Of a DNA stretch of 64,000 bases, positions 30,247 through 39,195 are shown one piece after another. The notes under the pieces are model-generated. The model saw only the letters and a program-made list of their open reading frames with translations, was not told the origin of the DNA and did not search any database. Source of the DNA: Thermodesulfobacteriota bacterium (GTDB lineage: Bacteria; Desulfobacterota_D; UBA1144; Nemesobacterales; JAJCZQ01); NCBI GenBank assembly GCA_965215275.1, contig OZ244044.1:704001-768000 (forward strand), written 5' to 3'. Position numbers and translations under genes: made by a program. Each line of letters begins with the position of its first letter. Position 1 is the stretch's first letter.

Positions 30247-30393
30247 CTACTCACAACGTTCTATATAATCAACGCATTGTCCATTAAAAGTACGTGCACA
30301 ATGCAAGCTACATTCTTCTCTCAAATCATCACATCCTGACCCAGCCACGACTATAAATGATAAAATAACTAAACCCATTAAAAAATTTTTCAT
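30247..30393 (-). CDS. 48-aa Cys-rich putative lipoprotein (absent from the ORF track)
   Basis: MKNFLMGLVILSFIVVAGSGCDDLREECSLHCARTFNGQCVDYIERCE; RBS GGAGGG upstream. Confidence 0.6.
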   Translation of the reverse strand: MKNFLMGLVILSFIVVAGSGCDDLREECSLHCARTFNGQCVDYIERCE

Positions 30394-30413
30394 TTTTTAA
30401 CCCTCCTTCAGAT

Positions 30414-30775
30414 CTAATAAACAAACATGAAACAGACAAACGCACCCATTCCGTCTGAATAAGCACATCTCGCACTTTCTATAGCTTTTACAAGTTCTGG
30501 AGAATCATCGGTGATTTTATCAAACCACTCCTGGTGAACATCCTTGTCCCAAGACCATTTGTCCTGAAAAGAAGCACCAGAAGCTAAACTATCAGGTGTA
30601 GAATGGAAATCTCTATTTTCGTTAAAAGGAGGGTTGGTTGCAATCAAATGAACAGATTCACTGTTCATTGTTTGTAAAAAATCTAAATTATCGCCATGAA
30701 ATGAAGTACGGTTATCCCAGTTAGGTAGTACCGTGTGTACTACTGGATTGGATGGGGGGGGGTAGGTTTATTCAT
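30414..30775 (-). pseudogene. Truncated and frameshifted N-terminal fragment of an amino-DNA methyltransferase
   Basis: NRTSFHGDNLDFL..MNSESVHLIATNPPFN. No SAM-binding half is present. ATG 30775 is out of frame at a 9-nt C tract. Confidence 0.75.
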
Positions 30776-30965
30776 CTCGTTAAGTCCTTATATTTAGTAT
30801 CTTACCATCTAATCCTCTAAACATCAATTTGCTTCTGTAACTTACACATAAATCACCTATTTTAAATCCCCATTGTACCACTTTCCATTCATAACAACCT
30901 GTATAAAAATAGCATTGTACGCAATAGTCTTTTGTTAATAGTTATCAGAGAAGATAACAGGATAA

Positions 30966-31415
30966 TTACTGGTTATTTTGCTGTTTTTTATAAATTTCTA
31001 ATATTTGTTCGATCATTGCATCTTGTTTATCAAATCTTGCACTTTGTTCAGCAAACTCTTTCTTTTGCTCGGCAAACTCTTTCTTTTGCTCGGCAAACTC
31101 TTTCCTTTGTTCAGCAAACTCTTTCCTTTGTTTTTCAGCAAATTCATTCATTATATCTTTAATATCTTGTTTAAATTCTCTGCCCATTTTTACCTCCATA
31201 AGACTTAACTGGTCATCTATATATACTCTGACAAATAAAAACGTAGCAGCAACTATTGATGTTGATAATAATACAACCCCAACTAAATTCTCTTCTAATT
31301 TACCATAATTACTATAAACAGATGTTATAAAAACAAATGTACCGAGTGCAAGGTATATTGGTATTAAAACAGTTAACCCACTGTCTAATACGCGTTTAAA
31401 ACTCTCCCGTTCCAT
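30966..31415 (-). CDS. Two-TM membrane protein with KEFAEQ(K/R) heptad-repeat coiled coil
   Basis: Two hydrophobic segments followed by 21-nt tandem repeats at ~31043-31145. Confidence 0.65.
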   Translation of the reverse strand: MERESFKRVLDSGLTVLIPIYLALGTFVFITSVYSNYGKLEENLVGVVLLSTSIVAATFLFVRVYIDDQLSLMEVKMGREFKQDIKDIMNEFAEKQRKEFAEQRKEFAEQKKEFAEQKKEFAEQSARFDKQDAMIEQILEIYKKQQNNQ

Positions 31416-31649
31416 AATAATAAACTTATATCAAACCGTGAATGTTTAGTCAACTTTTTTAACGGATCAGGTCCTTATACCTTAACGGTTCATTCTCCAT
31501 AGATCTACTTAAAGCAACCATACGGTCAAGTGTGTCAATGTTTTTAAATAGTTATATTATCTTCGGTACTTAACTATATAATCCCCTATCTTTAATATCT
31601 TGTCTAAATTCTCTACCCATCTTACTTCACCTGTTTATAACAGAACAAA

Positions 31650-31892
31650 TCAAGTCTTATAAAGATTCAAACCAAGCATTTTAGCTTTGAGTTTCTGAAT
31701 AAAATAACTAGGTAATTGAACCGGAGATTTTTTATCAGGTATTGGTATGTAATATAAACGCTCATATTTAATTTTCTCATTATCTTTTTGTATCTCATCA
31801 AGACCTCTGCGATCAAAACCGTTGGCTTTATGAGGTTTACATAACAAACATCCTGCTCTTCTGCTTTTCGGTCTACCTCGTTTGTGATGCAT
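31650..31892 (-). CDS. Small basic hypothetical protein with CxxC-xx-H motif
   Basis: MHHKRGRPKSRRAGCLLCKPHK; RBS GGAGG upstream. Confidence 0.55.
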   Translation of the reverse strand: MHHKRGRPKSRRAGCLLCKPHKANGFDRRGLDEIQKDNEKIKYERLYYIPIPDKKSPVQLPSYFIQKLKAKMLGLNLYKT

Positions 31893-31944
31893 TTTCTATC
31901 CTCCAATTTGATTTTTTTGTTTCTCCCGTCCTGTAATAAACTTA

Positions 31945-33502
31945 GGGAATTATATACTCTATTATACAAATACTAAATATACTGTTCTGCAAGCAGAGTC
32001 CCTCTGACCACATTCTCTTTTGATATAACGTTCCCAGCTTGCATCGGGAGACTCTCGTCCTTATTCCCACCCGACAAAAAGGATAAACCTCTTTTGAGAA
32101 CGTTATTAGCTGCGTTTAAGTCAGCATGGACTTTATAACCACAGGACATGCACTTAAATAACTTTCCTTTTCTGTTATTTTTAGCTACGTATCCGCATGC
32201 AGAACAGGTCTGGCTTGTGTATTGGGATGGAACTCTTATTATCTTACCTCCAGTGCTCTCAACCTTGTAAGTAAGCTGACTAAGGACCTTTCCCAATCGC
32301 TGTTCCTGTATAGACCTGTTCAATCCTGATTTCTGCTTTACGTTCTTACCTGGATCTTCCACGGTCCCCTTAGCGGACCTTGTCATATTCTTTAACTTTA
32401 GATCTTCTACTATAAAATGATTACCATGACCCTTTACTATCCCTGTAGTTAATTCATGTATTTTATTATGTTCCCTTTCAGTGGTCCTTGCACGTTCTTT
32501 GGCATAAGCTGTTTTCTTCTTGTTTCTGTTGTTAGATCCTTTTTCTGCTCTGCTTATTGCTCTTTGCTTTCTTTTAAGTTCCTTCCTGTCTATTTCTGTT
32601 CCTTTATAGAAAGTTCCATCCGATAAGGTAATTCTGTTCTTCACTCCGAGATCTATCCCTATCGGTCTGTCTGACCCTCTGTCCACTCCTGCAACGGTTT
32701 CATATACAAACTGTATCTCTACTCTTAAAGCAGTTCTTACTATCCTTATGTATTTAGTTCCTTCCGGTATCCTGCCTTTGAAACTCATCCTGCCTGCTCC
32801 TCTTACCGACAAGGAAGTTCTTCTGTCTTGTTTCTTAACTCTACTCCATTGGTAAGTTTCAAAACTTTTTATCTTTCTGCTACTGTTCTTATATCTCGGA
32901 CGACCACGTATCCCTTTTAGATATTCTTTATAAGCCTTATCCAGTCTTTTTAATGTCTTCTGTTGTGCTTGAGCGTCAACCTTACTAAACTCATCAGACA
33001 GTAAAAGGTCGTTCCTTATTTCCGTCAGTGATCTTGCCTGATCTTCGTAACTGATAGATTTCTTTCCTATTTCTTCTTCTGATAACTCTCTCCAGTTTAA
33101 CGGGTCGTTACAAGGTCGGACTTCACTTCTAACCCTGTTAAGAGCTATATATACCTTGTCTATATGTTTAACTGTATTACCTTTATTATAAGAAAGTCCA
33201 GACTTCCAGTGTGGATAGAAATACGTCTTAAATCTCTTTTCTGATAAACCCCATTTCATCAGTTTCTCATATTTATCATATGATCTTATCCTTTCTTCAC
33301 GAGCTCGGTTATAAAGGTAGGTAAGCTGGTTTAATGTATGTTCCAGCTTCTTATGAGCAGACGGGTCTAACTTAACCGCCCTGCGGTCTACTCTCGTTTT
33401 TCTGATCACACTTCCTTCACTATCCATATCTATATAATTCCCTGATTTACAGCACTATCAAAGCTATTTGCTTGTCTTTGTCTAACAGAGTATATAATCC
33501 CC
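31945..33502 (-). mobile_element. Non-autonomous TIR element carrying only tnpB; 26-bp TIRs and 8-bp TSD TAAACTTA
   Basis: GGGAATTATATACTCTATTATACAAA (31945-31970) versus the reverse complement of 33477-33502, GGGGATTATATACTCTGTTAGACAAA; 23/26 identical. TAAACTTA at 31937-31944 and 33503-33510. Confidence 0.9.
31973..33427 (-). CDS. tnpB: TnpB RNA-guided endonuclease, intact RuvC motifs, N-terminal insertion
   Basis: LYN.A.EER, PRYK, IGIDLG, IVEDL, KSGLNRSI, YTSQTCSACG/CMSCG, HADLNAANN. Confidence 0.93.
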   Translation of the reverse strand: MDSEGSVIRKTRVDRRAVKLDPSAHKKLEHTLNQLTYLYNRAREERIRSYDKYEKLMKWGLSEKRFKTYFYPHWKSGLSYNKGNTVKHIDKVYIALNRVRSEVRPCNDPLNWRELSEEEIGKKSISYEDQARSLTEIRNDLLLSDEFSKVDAQAQQKTLKRLDKAYKEYLKGIRGRPRYKNSSRKIKSFETYQWSRVKKQDRRTSLSVRGAGRMSFKGRIPEGTKYIRIVRTALRVEIQFVYETVAGVDRGSDRPIGIDLGVKNRITLSDGTFYKGTEIDRKELKRKQRAISRAEKGSNNRNKKKTAYAKERARTTEREHNKIHELTTGIVKGHGNHFIVEDLKLKNMTRSAKGTVEDPGKNVKQKSGLNRSIQEQRLGKVLSQLTYKVESTGGKIIRVPSQYTSQTCSACGYVAKNNRKGKLFKCMSCGYKVHADLNAANNVLKRGLSFLSGGNKDESLPMQAGNVISKENVVRGTLLAEQYI

Positions 33503-33770
33503 TAAACTTATATCAAACCGTTAACGTTCGGTCAACTTTTTTAACGGATCAGATCCTTATATTTTAACCTTTTATTCTCCACAGATTTACTCAAAGCAAC
33601 CATACGATCAAGTGTGTCAATGTTTTAAATAGTTATGATAGGCTTATTTAAAATTATTTAAAGTTTTATGTATTTTTGTACATAGTTTCCAGATTTTAGT
33701 AATGTCAACTGCACGGGTATATTTTCATATGAGAACTTATTAACTTAATAGATCTGCAAATTTCGATAAA

Positions 33771-34715
33771 ATGCGTATCTGCTCATTCCTACCAAGCACC
33801 ACGGAAATAATTTGCGCCTTAGGTTCGCAAAACGACCTTGTTGGCATAACCCACGAATGCGATTATCCAGAATCAATACTGAACAAAACCAGGGTTGTCA
33901 GCAGCAGTATTAACCTAAATGGTCTATCAAGCCGTGAGACAGATGAAATAGTTGCCAAGAATGCAAGGAAGGGAAAAAGCACGTATCTGGTGAATTTGGA
34001 ACAGTTAGAGGAAGCAGACCCGGACATAATATTCACGCAGGGACTTTGTGAGGTGTGTGCAGTATCAGAAAATCAGGTAATAGAAGCCACAGAAAAACTG
34101 AAAAAAAGACCGGAGATCATTTCCCTGGAACCCGGAACCGTAAATGAAGTACTGGAATCAATAGTTACAGTTGGCAAGGTTATAGGTAAGGCAAAGGAAG
34201 CCGATGAACTAAGAGCAGGTCTTCAAAAAAGAATCGATGACGTCCGGTCTGTAACACAGAGAAAGAGAGATTTTCCCAGAGTGCTTTGTCTGGAATGGCT
34301 CGACCCTGCCTATGTTGCCGGTCACTGGGTTCCTGATATGGTTCACATTGCCGGCGGAAAGAACGGGCTACGAGAAAAAGGAGAAGTTTCCGTAAAGATC
34401 GGATGGGAGCAGATAGTGGAATTTGCCCCGCAATACATATTTATTATGCCATGTGGGTTCAATATAGATAAAACTCTCGGGGAGATAGACGTAATTACTT
34501 CCAGACCCGAATGGTATCAAACTCCGGCATCACAAAATGGAAACGTCTATCTAGTTGATGCCAATTCTTACTTCAGCAGACCCGGGCCGAGATTGGTTTC
34601 AGGTATTGAAATTATTGCAAAAACAATACACCAAAACTCATTTAAACTGGAACTACCTCCGGATTCTATCCTAAACCTCAGAAACTTTATGCAAATAGAA
34701 TGCTTTCTGGGTTAA
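33771..34715 (+). CDS. BtuF/cobalamin-binding-like ABC substrate-binding protein
   Basis: RICSFLPSTTE, VGITHECDYP, QGLCEVCAV, FSRPGPRL. Confidence 0.82.
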   Translation: MRICSFLPSTTEIICALGSQNDLVGITHECDYPESILNKTRVVSSSINLNGLSSRETDEIVAKNARKGKSTYLVNLEQLEEADPDIIFTQGLCEVCAVSENQVIEATEKLKKRPEIISLEPGTVNEVLESIVTVGKVIGKAKEADELRAGLQKRIDDVRSVTQRKRDFPRVLCLEWLDPAYVAGHWVPDMVHIAGGKNGLREKGEVSVKIGWEQIVEFAPQYIFIMPCGFNIDKTLGEIDVITSRPEWYQTPASQNGNVYLVDANSYFSRPGPRLVSGIEIIAKTIHQNSFKLELPPDSILNLRNFMQIECFLG

Positions 34716-34735
34716 CGGACGGCAACAATCCCAAT

Positions 34736-35002
34736 TTATGAAGGAGCTTTAAATGGATTAGGTGCGTCTTCTTCAACGTCAGGAGCAGAATCAGCAGAAG
34801 CCGGAGATTCTTCAGATGCCTCAGCGGATACAGCAGATTTAAATGGATCATCAACATTACTCGGAGTTGAACCTGAAGGTTCCTGCGTGGAAGCATCCTG
34901 ACCACTGTCCGAAGGTGTATCACTTGTATTCTTGTTAATTAAAATTACCACAAGAACAATGAAAACAACTATTACCGAAATTACAACAATATCTTGCGAC
35001 AT
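34736..35002 (-). CDS. Small single-TM protein with acidic low-complexity tail (start placed at ATG 35002)
   Basis: RBS AGGAG before MSQDIVVISVIVVFIVLVVIL; Ser/Asp/Pro-rich tail. Confidence 0.6.
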   Translation of the reverse strand: MSQDIVVISVIVVFIVLVVILINKNTSDTPSDSGQDASTQEPSGSTPSNVDDPFKSAVSAEASEESPASADSAPDVEEDAPNPFKAPS

Positions 35003-36214
35003 TTTCTCCTCCCAATTACCATTAAAATCTTGTAATAGAATCCAAAATGGTTTTATTACAATACATTTGTCCATATTATCAGTAAATTTATATTTTTTCC
35101 AGAAATTTTTACAATCTCTGTAAAATTATAAATATCTGATACTAACTCGTTCTTCAGTTTATTATACGAACAATAATGCAAGTTATATCACCAGTTAGTT
35201 CTAACACACTCGACTTTTCAAATGAACCACGCATTGAACTATCAGTGATCGGATCCGGCTTGATAGTTACCAAAGTCGGAACATCAGTTGTCTGTATTAT
35301 TCATGAACCAGTCCATTATAAGCGGAGTTTATCGCTGACTACTTTATATCAATAATAATAAAATCCCTTATTCCTCCGGGATATGAGCTTATTTCTGTCC
35401 TTAGAAAAGGTGGTGTATCAATAACAATAAACTCTCTTATTCCTTCGGGTGTTACCTGTATGTAGTCACCTATCTCCCTGCCGATCAGAGCCTGTGCCAA
35501 AGGAGTTTCAATATTAATCTTGCCATTTTTCGGGTCCACTTCACCAGCAACCACTTGAATTTTTCCTTTCTTTCCAGTCTCAATATCTTCAATCACCACA
35601 ATATCATTGATTGTTATACACTTAGGACTAGGCTTAATAGAAGTTATATCCTGGGCTTTTTTAACTTCGCGAAGGTGGTCATCCCTGCTTGTTATGAGAT
35701 TAGGTTTGGGCTTAGTGGAAGTTATATCTTGGACCTTTTTAACTTCACGAGGGTGACTATCTCTGCCTGCTATGTGATTAGGACTAGGTTTAGTGGAAAC
35801 ATCTTTATTATCATCCGAAGGTATATTACTTTTGTAAATCTTGTCTCTAAGCCTTCGTAAAAAAGAGCGAAGCATCAACTTTATTCTCATCCAAATATTA
35901 TTACTACCGCATTCATTAAATTTACTGCAAGAACAATGAAAGCGATTATTATCAAAATTATAACAATACTCGACATTTTCTCCTCACAATTACCATTAAA
36001 ACCTTGTAAAGTGAATATTTTACCAGAATTTTTATAATCTCTGTTAAACTTTAATAATCTGATATTAACTCGTTCTTCAGCTTTGTATACAGACAGTTAT
36101 GGAAATTATATCGCCATTTAGTTCTCATACGCTCGACTTTTCAAACGAACTACGCATTGAGCTATCAGTGATCGAATCCGGCTTGATAGTTACCAAAGCC
36201 GGAGACTCAGTTGT
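34950..36214. repeat. Diverged direct duplication (34950-35292 and 35928-36214) flanking a GreA-derived ORF
   Basis: Shared blocks include CGACATTTTCTCCTC.CAATTACCATTAAA, AACTCGTTCTTCAG and ATCCGGCTTGATAGTTACCAAAG. Confidence 0.85.
35339..35890 (-). CDS. Chimeric protein: 26-aa repeats fused to a GreA/GreB C-terminal domain
   Basis: VVIEDIETG...DPKNGKINIETPLAQALIGREIGD...TPEGIREF aligns with the GreA at 58817-59293; no GreA N-terminal coiled coil. Confidence 0.75.
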   Translation of the reverse strand: MRIKLMLRSFLRRLRDKIYKSNIPSDDNKDVSTKPSPNHIAGRDSHPREVKKVQDITSTKPKPNLITSRDDHLREVKKAQDITSIKPSPKCITINDIVVIEDIETGKKGKIQVVAGEVDPKNGKINIETPLAQALIGREIGDYIQVTPEGIREFIVIDTPPFLRTEISSYPGGIRDFIIIDIK

Positions 36215-36527
36215 TCTTATTATTAAAGATTCTGAGCAGATGACCGAAAAACTTAATGATCTCGACTGTGCACTACTTAACTTCACAAAGATCCCCAGAC
36301 CTGAATTTCCAACGATTAACGCCGGACTTGAATTGAAAACAACAGGCGAGTTATCTTTTAAATATGATTACTTCTTCAACCCTGAATCGGAGTACGAACT
36401 CAGCCTTCTGCATTCAATCCTTGATCAAGTTCATATCGACCTGTACTTCCTGACCGGTACTTCCGAACTATGCCTCAGAACGAAAATGGAAAGAACGGAA
36501 ATTGAACAATTGAAAAATTGCCTCTGA
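36099..36527 (+). CDS. Hypothetical protein
   Basis: 142-aa ORF with core-like composition; its 5' end is duplicated at 35176-35292. Confidence 0.6.
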   Translation: MEIISPFSSHTLDFSNELRIELSVIESGLIVTKAGDSVVLIIKDSEQMTEKLNDLDCALLNFTKIPRPEFPTINAGLELKTTGELSFKYDYFFNPESEYELSLLHSILDQVHIDLYFLTGTSELCLRTKMERTEIEQLKNCL

Positions 36528-36596
36528 TAATAATTTGACATTACGCAGTTAGATTAGAATAATAAACAAAAAACTTTATAAAGGATTATATAAGAC

Positions 36597-37574
36597 TTGG
36601 AGTTCGCAAAAATATTAGGTACCGGATCGTGTGCACCAGACAGGGTTCTTTCTAACAAGCACCTTGAAGATATCATTGATACCTCTGATGAATGGATCAC
36701 AACGAGAACGGGTATACAGCAGAGACGAATAGCAGATGAAGGGGTTTATACCTCCGATATAGCTTACGAAGCGTCAGTAAAGGCCTTGGAAAACGCGAAC
36801 GTGTCCGCTTCTGAGCTGGACGGTATAATACTTGGAACGATATCCCCCGACTTCATTTTCCCCTCAACGGCGTGCATACTGCAAAACAGACTCGGCTGTG
36901 AGAACATCATGGCGTTCGACCTGCTTGCCGGATGCTCAGGCTTTCTGTATGCACTTCACGTTGGAAATGGAATGATATGCTCCAAGCACTCCAAAAAACT
37001 TTTAATAGTTGGTGCCGAGATATTATCAAGAATTATAGATTATGAGGACAGGACTACATGTATCTTATTTGGGGATGGCGCCGGGGCAGTGGTATTATCA
37101 CAGTCGGATGAACCGGGAATTTTATCTTCGTGTCTGAACTCCGACGGGAACAACTGGGAGTTCTTATATCTGCCGGGTGGAGGTTCAAGGATACCGGCAA
37201 CTGAAGAAAGCGTCAGGAATCGTGAACACTTCCTTAAGATGGCCGGTAAAGACGTGTTCAAGGTAGCTGTAAAATCACTTGAAACGGCCTCAATTGAAGC
37301 TATTGAAAGAGCAAACCTTTCACCTGAAGACATCGACCTGTTTGTTCCTCACCAGGCTAATATAAGGATTATTGACGCTGTGCGAAAAAGACTGGATATG
37401 CCCGAAGACAAGGTATATGTAAATCTGCACAAATACGGTAACACGTCTTCCGCATCGGTTCCTATAGCACTTGATGAAATGATACAGGATGGCAGTGCCA
37501 AGAAGGGAGATCTTATACTGATGTCGACTTTCGGTGCTGGATTCACGTGGGGTGCTACGCTGTTCAGATTATAG
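36597..37574 (+). CDS. fabH: 3-oxoacyl-ACP synthase III
   Basis: WITTRTGI, AGCSGF, LFGDGAGA, PHQAN, YGNTSSAS, FGAGFTWG. Confidence 0.95.
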   Translation: MEFAKILGTGSCAPDRVLSNKHLEDIIDTSDEWITTRTGIQQRRIADEGVYTSDIAYEASVKALENANVSASELDGIILGTISPDFIFPSTACILQNRLGCENIMAFDLLAGCSGFLYALHVGNGMICSKHSKKLLIVGAEILSRIIDYEDRTTCILFGDGAGAVVLSQSDEPGILSSCLNSDGNNWEFLYLPGGGSRIPATEESVRNREHFLKMAGKDVFKVAVKSLETASIEAIERANLSPEDIDLFVPHQANIRIIDAVRKRLDMPEDKVYVNLHKYGNTSSASVPIALDEMIQDGSAKKGDLILMSTFGAGFTWGATLFRL

Positions 37575-37657
37575 GGAGAGTCCCTTTACGGTACACCGCT
37601 TTAATCTTCTTACCCCTGATCAGTTGTTGCCATCCAAGGCTTTTGTAGACGGGTATC

Positions 37658-38551
37658 ATGGAAATTTCAATTTACGCCGAGATCCTTAATATCGTCCTGC
37701 CCGTCTTTTTAGTAATTCTCACAGGTTATTTATTCAGCAAATATAAAAAGATCGACCTGAAGTCCATAAACGATCTTATCGTTTATATAACAACTCCATG
37801 CCTTGTGGTAAATTCTCTCTCCAGCTTCCCTATCGATCTGACCATTGCAGGAAAGATATTCCTGATCGCAGTTTCAGTACTGATAGTGTCGATGATCATA
37901 GGGGTCCTTATCACAAAACTGATCAAATTACCCTACGAAGTCTTTATACCTCCGATACTTTTTGGCAACACCGGGAGCATGGGACTGTCTCTCGCTTTTT
38001 TTGCTTTTGGTTACGCGGGATTTAACATTGCTATCATATGTTTTGTAGCAGTTACGATCTTTCATTACTCAATAGGGGTTTTAATATTGAGCCCGAAGAA
38101 GAACCTAACGGAGATATTTAAACTTCCGCTCATATATTCCGCGGTTATCGGGCTGTTAATAAGTATTTTCGAATACAAGATGCCCACGTCCATTGACAGA
38201 TCGGTTGAACTTCTGGGAGATATCAGCATCCCGGCAATGATGTTCTCTCTCGGATACAAGCTGTCAGAACTTCAGATAACTACGGCGAAGATCTCTCCCC
38301 TGTTTGGATTTTTAAAGATATTTCTGGGCTTTTGTGCAGGAGTTCTGTTCGTTGAAGTGTTTCAACTCGAAGGAGTTGCAGCCAGTGTAGTTATACTTCA
38401 ATGCTCCATGCCACCGGCAGTATTTAATTTCATTCTGGCGGAAAAATACAACAGGGACTCCAAGACGGTTGCATCAATTATAATGTCTGGAACGATCCTT
38501 TCCATAATTGCGGTCCCTTTAGTGCTGACCTATTTGCTTCATTATCGTTAG
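37658..38551 (+). CDS. AEC (auxin efflux carrier) family transporter
   Basis: About 10 TMs; FGNTGSMG, P.MMFSLG, MPPAV. Confidence 0.85.
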   Translation: MEISIYAEILNIVLPVFLVILTGYLFSKYKKIDLKSINDLIVYITTPCLVVNSLSSFPIDLTIAGKIFLIAVSVLIVSMIIGVLITKLIKLPYEVFIPPILFGNTGSMGLSLAFFAFGYAGFNIAIICFVAVTIFHYSIGVLILSPKKNLTEIFKLPLIYSAVIGLLISIFEYKMPTSIDRSVELLGDISIPAMMFSLGYKLSELQITTAKISPLFGFLKIFLGFCAGVLFVEVFQLEGVAASVVILQCSMPPAVFNFILAEKYNRDSKTVASIIMSGTILSIIAVPLVLTYLLHYR

Positions 38552-38705
38552 CTCGCCTATCCTGTTGAAAAATGATAGATTAGGTAATCCAATTAATTTG
38601 GATATTTCTTACGCTTAATATATCCGTTTACAATATACCCTTTGTGCGAACCCTTTTCGAGCACGATACCTTGACCATGTGCACGCAGGTGAGTGGTCCC
38701 TAAAA

Positions 38706-39191
38706 TCACCTCTTTAAAACACTGTCACCTTTGGTATATCTAGATTTTGCAATTTCCTTAAGAATTTTACTTGGAAATTCATTTTCGCCAATCTTGTGCT
38801 TCAATTTACCATCAGAACCTGATACTGCATATTTCTCACGTGGTCTACGAGACACGGAGACCCATTCAACTTTCTCGTGTTGCTCATCAAGAATTTTCTT
38901 GAGGTCTCTGAAATTTAATGTCACTACACCATCGTCGCCACAGACTAAAACCAAGAATACTTCATTAAATTTTTCTTTCATCTCTTGAATCTCATTTTGG
39001 TGTTTATTCTGAAAACTAAAACGCCACGGTGTCATCCTCTTGGTCGAGTGCTTGATATATAAGCCAACTGTTCCGTTGAGTACATAAGATGCGTTAGAAT
39101 CTGTAGGATATATGTGAATCTGCACAGGTAGACCTCCGTGAACTAGACGAGACAGAACAACCCCATGATAAAACTCAAACTCTCTAAGCAT
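38706..39191 (-). CDS. Hypothetical protein, last gene of the tRNA-Ser island operon (possible nuclease-like fold)
   Basis: Starts 4 bp after the Z1 gene stop; YHG...LYIKHS...PWRFSF...LVLVCG pattern; function not recognised. Confidence 0.65.
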   Translation of the reverse strand: MLREFEFYHGVVLSRLVHGGLPVQIHIYPTDSNASYVLNGTVGLYIKHSTKRMTPWRFSFQNKHQNEIQEMKEKFNEVFLVLVCGDDGVVTLNFRDLKKILDEQHEKVEWVSVSRRPREKYAVSGSDGKLKHKIGENEFPSKILKEIAKSRYTKGDSVLKR

Positions 39192-39195
39192 GTTT

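Noticed and set aside
38552..38705. att-site duplicate of the tRNA-Ser 3' end closing the island
   Set aside because: Only a 7-nt match (CGAACCC) was found, which is not significant, and there is no integrase.
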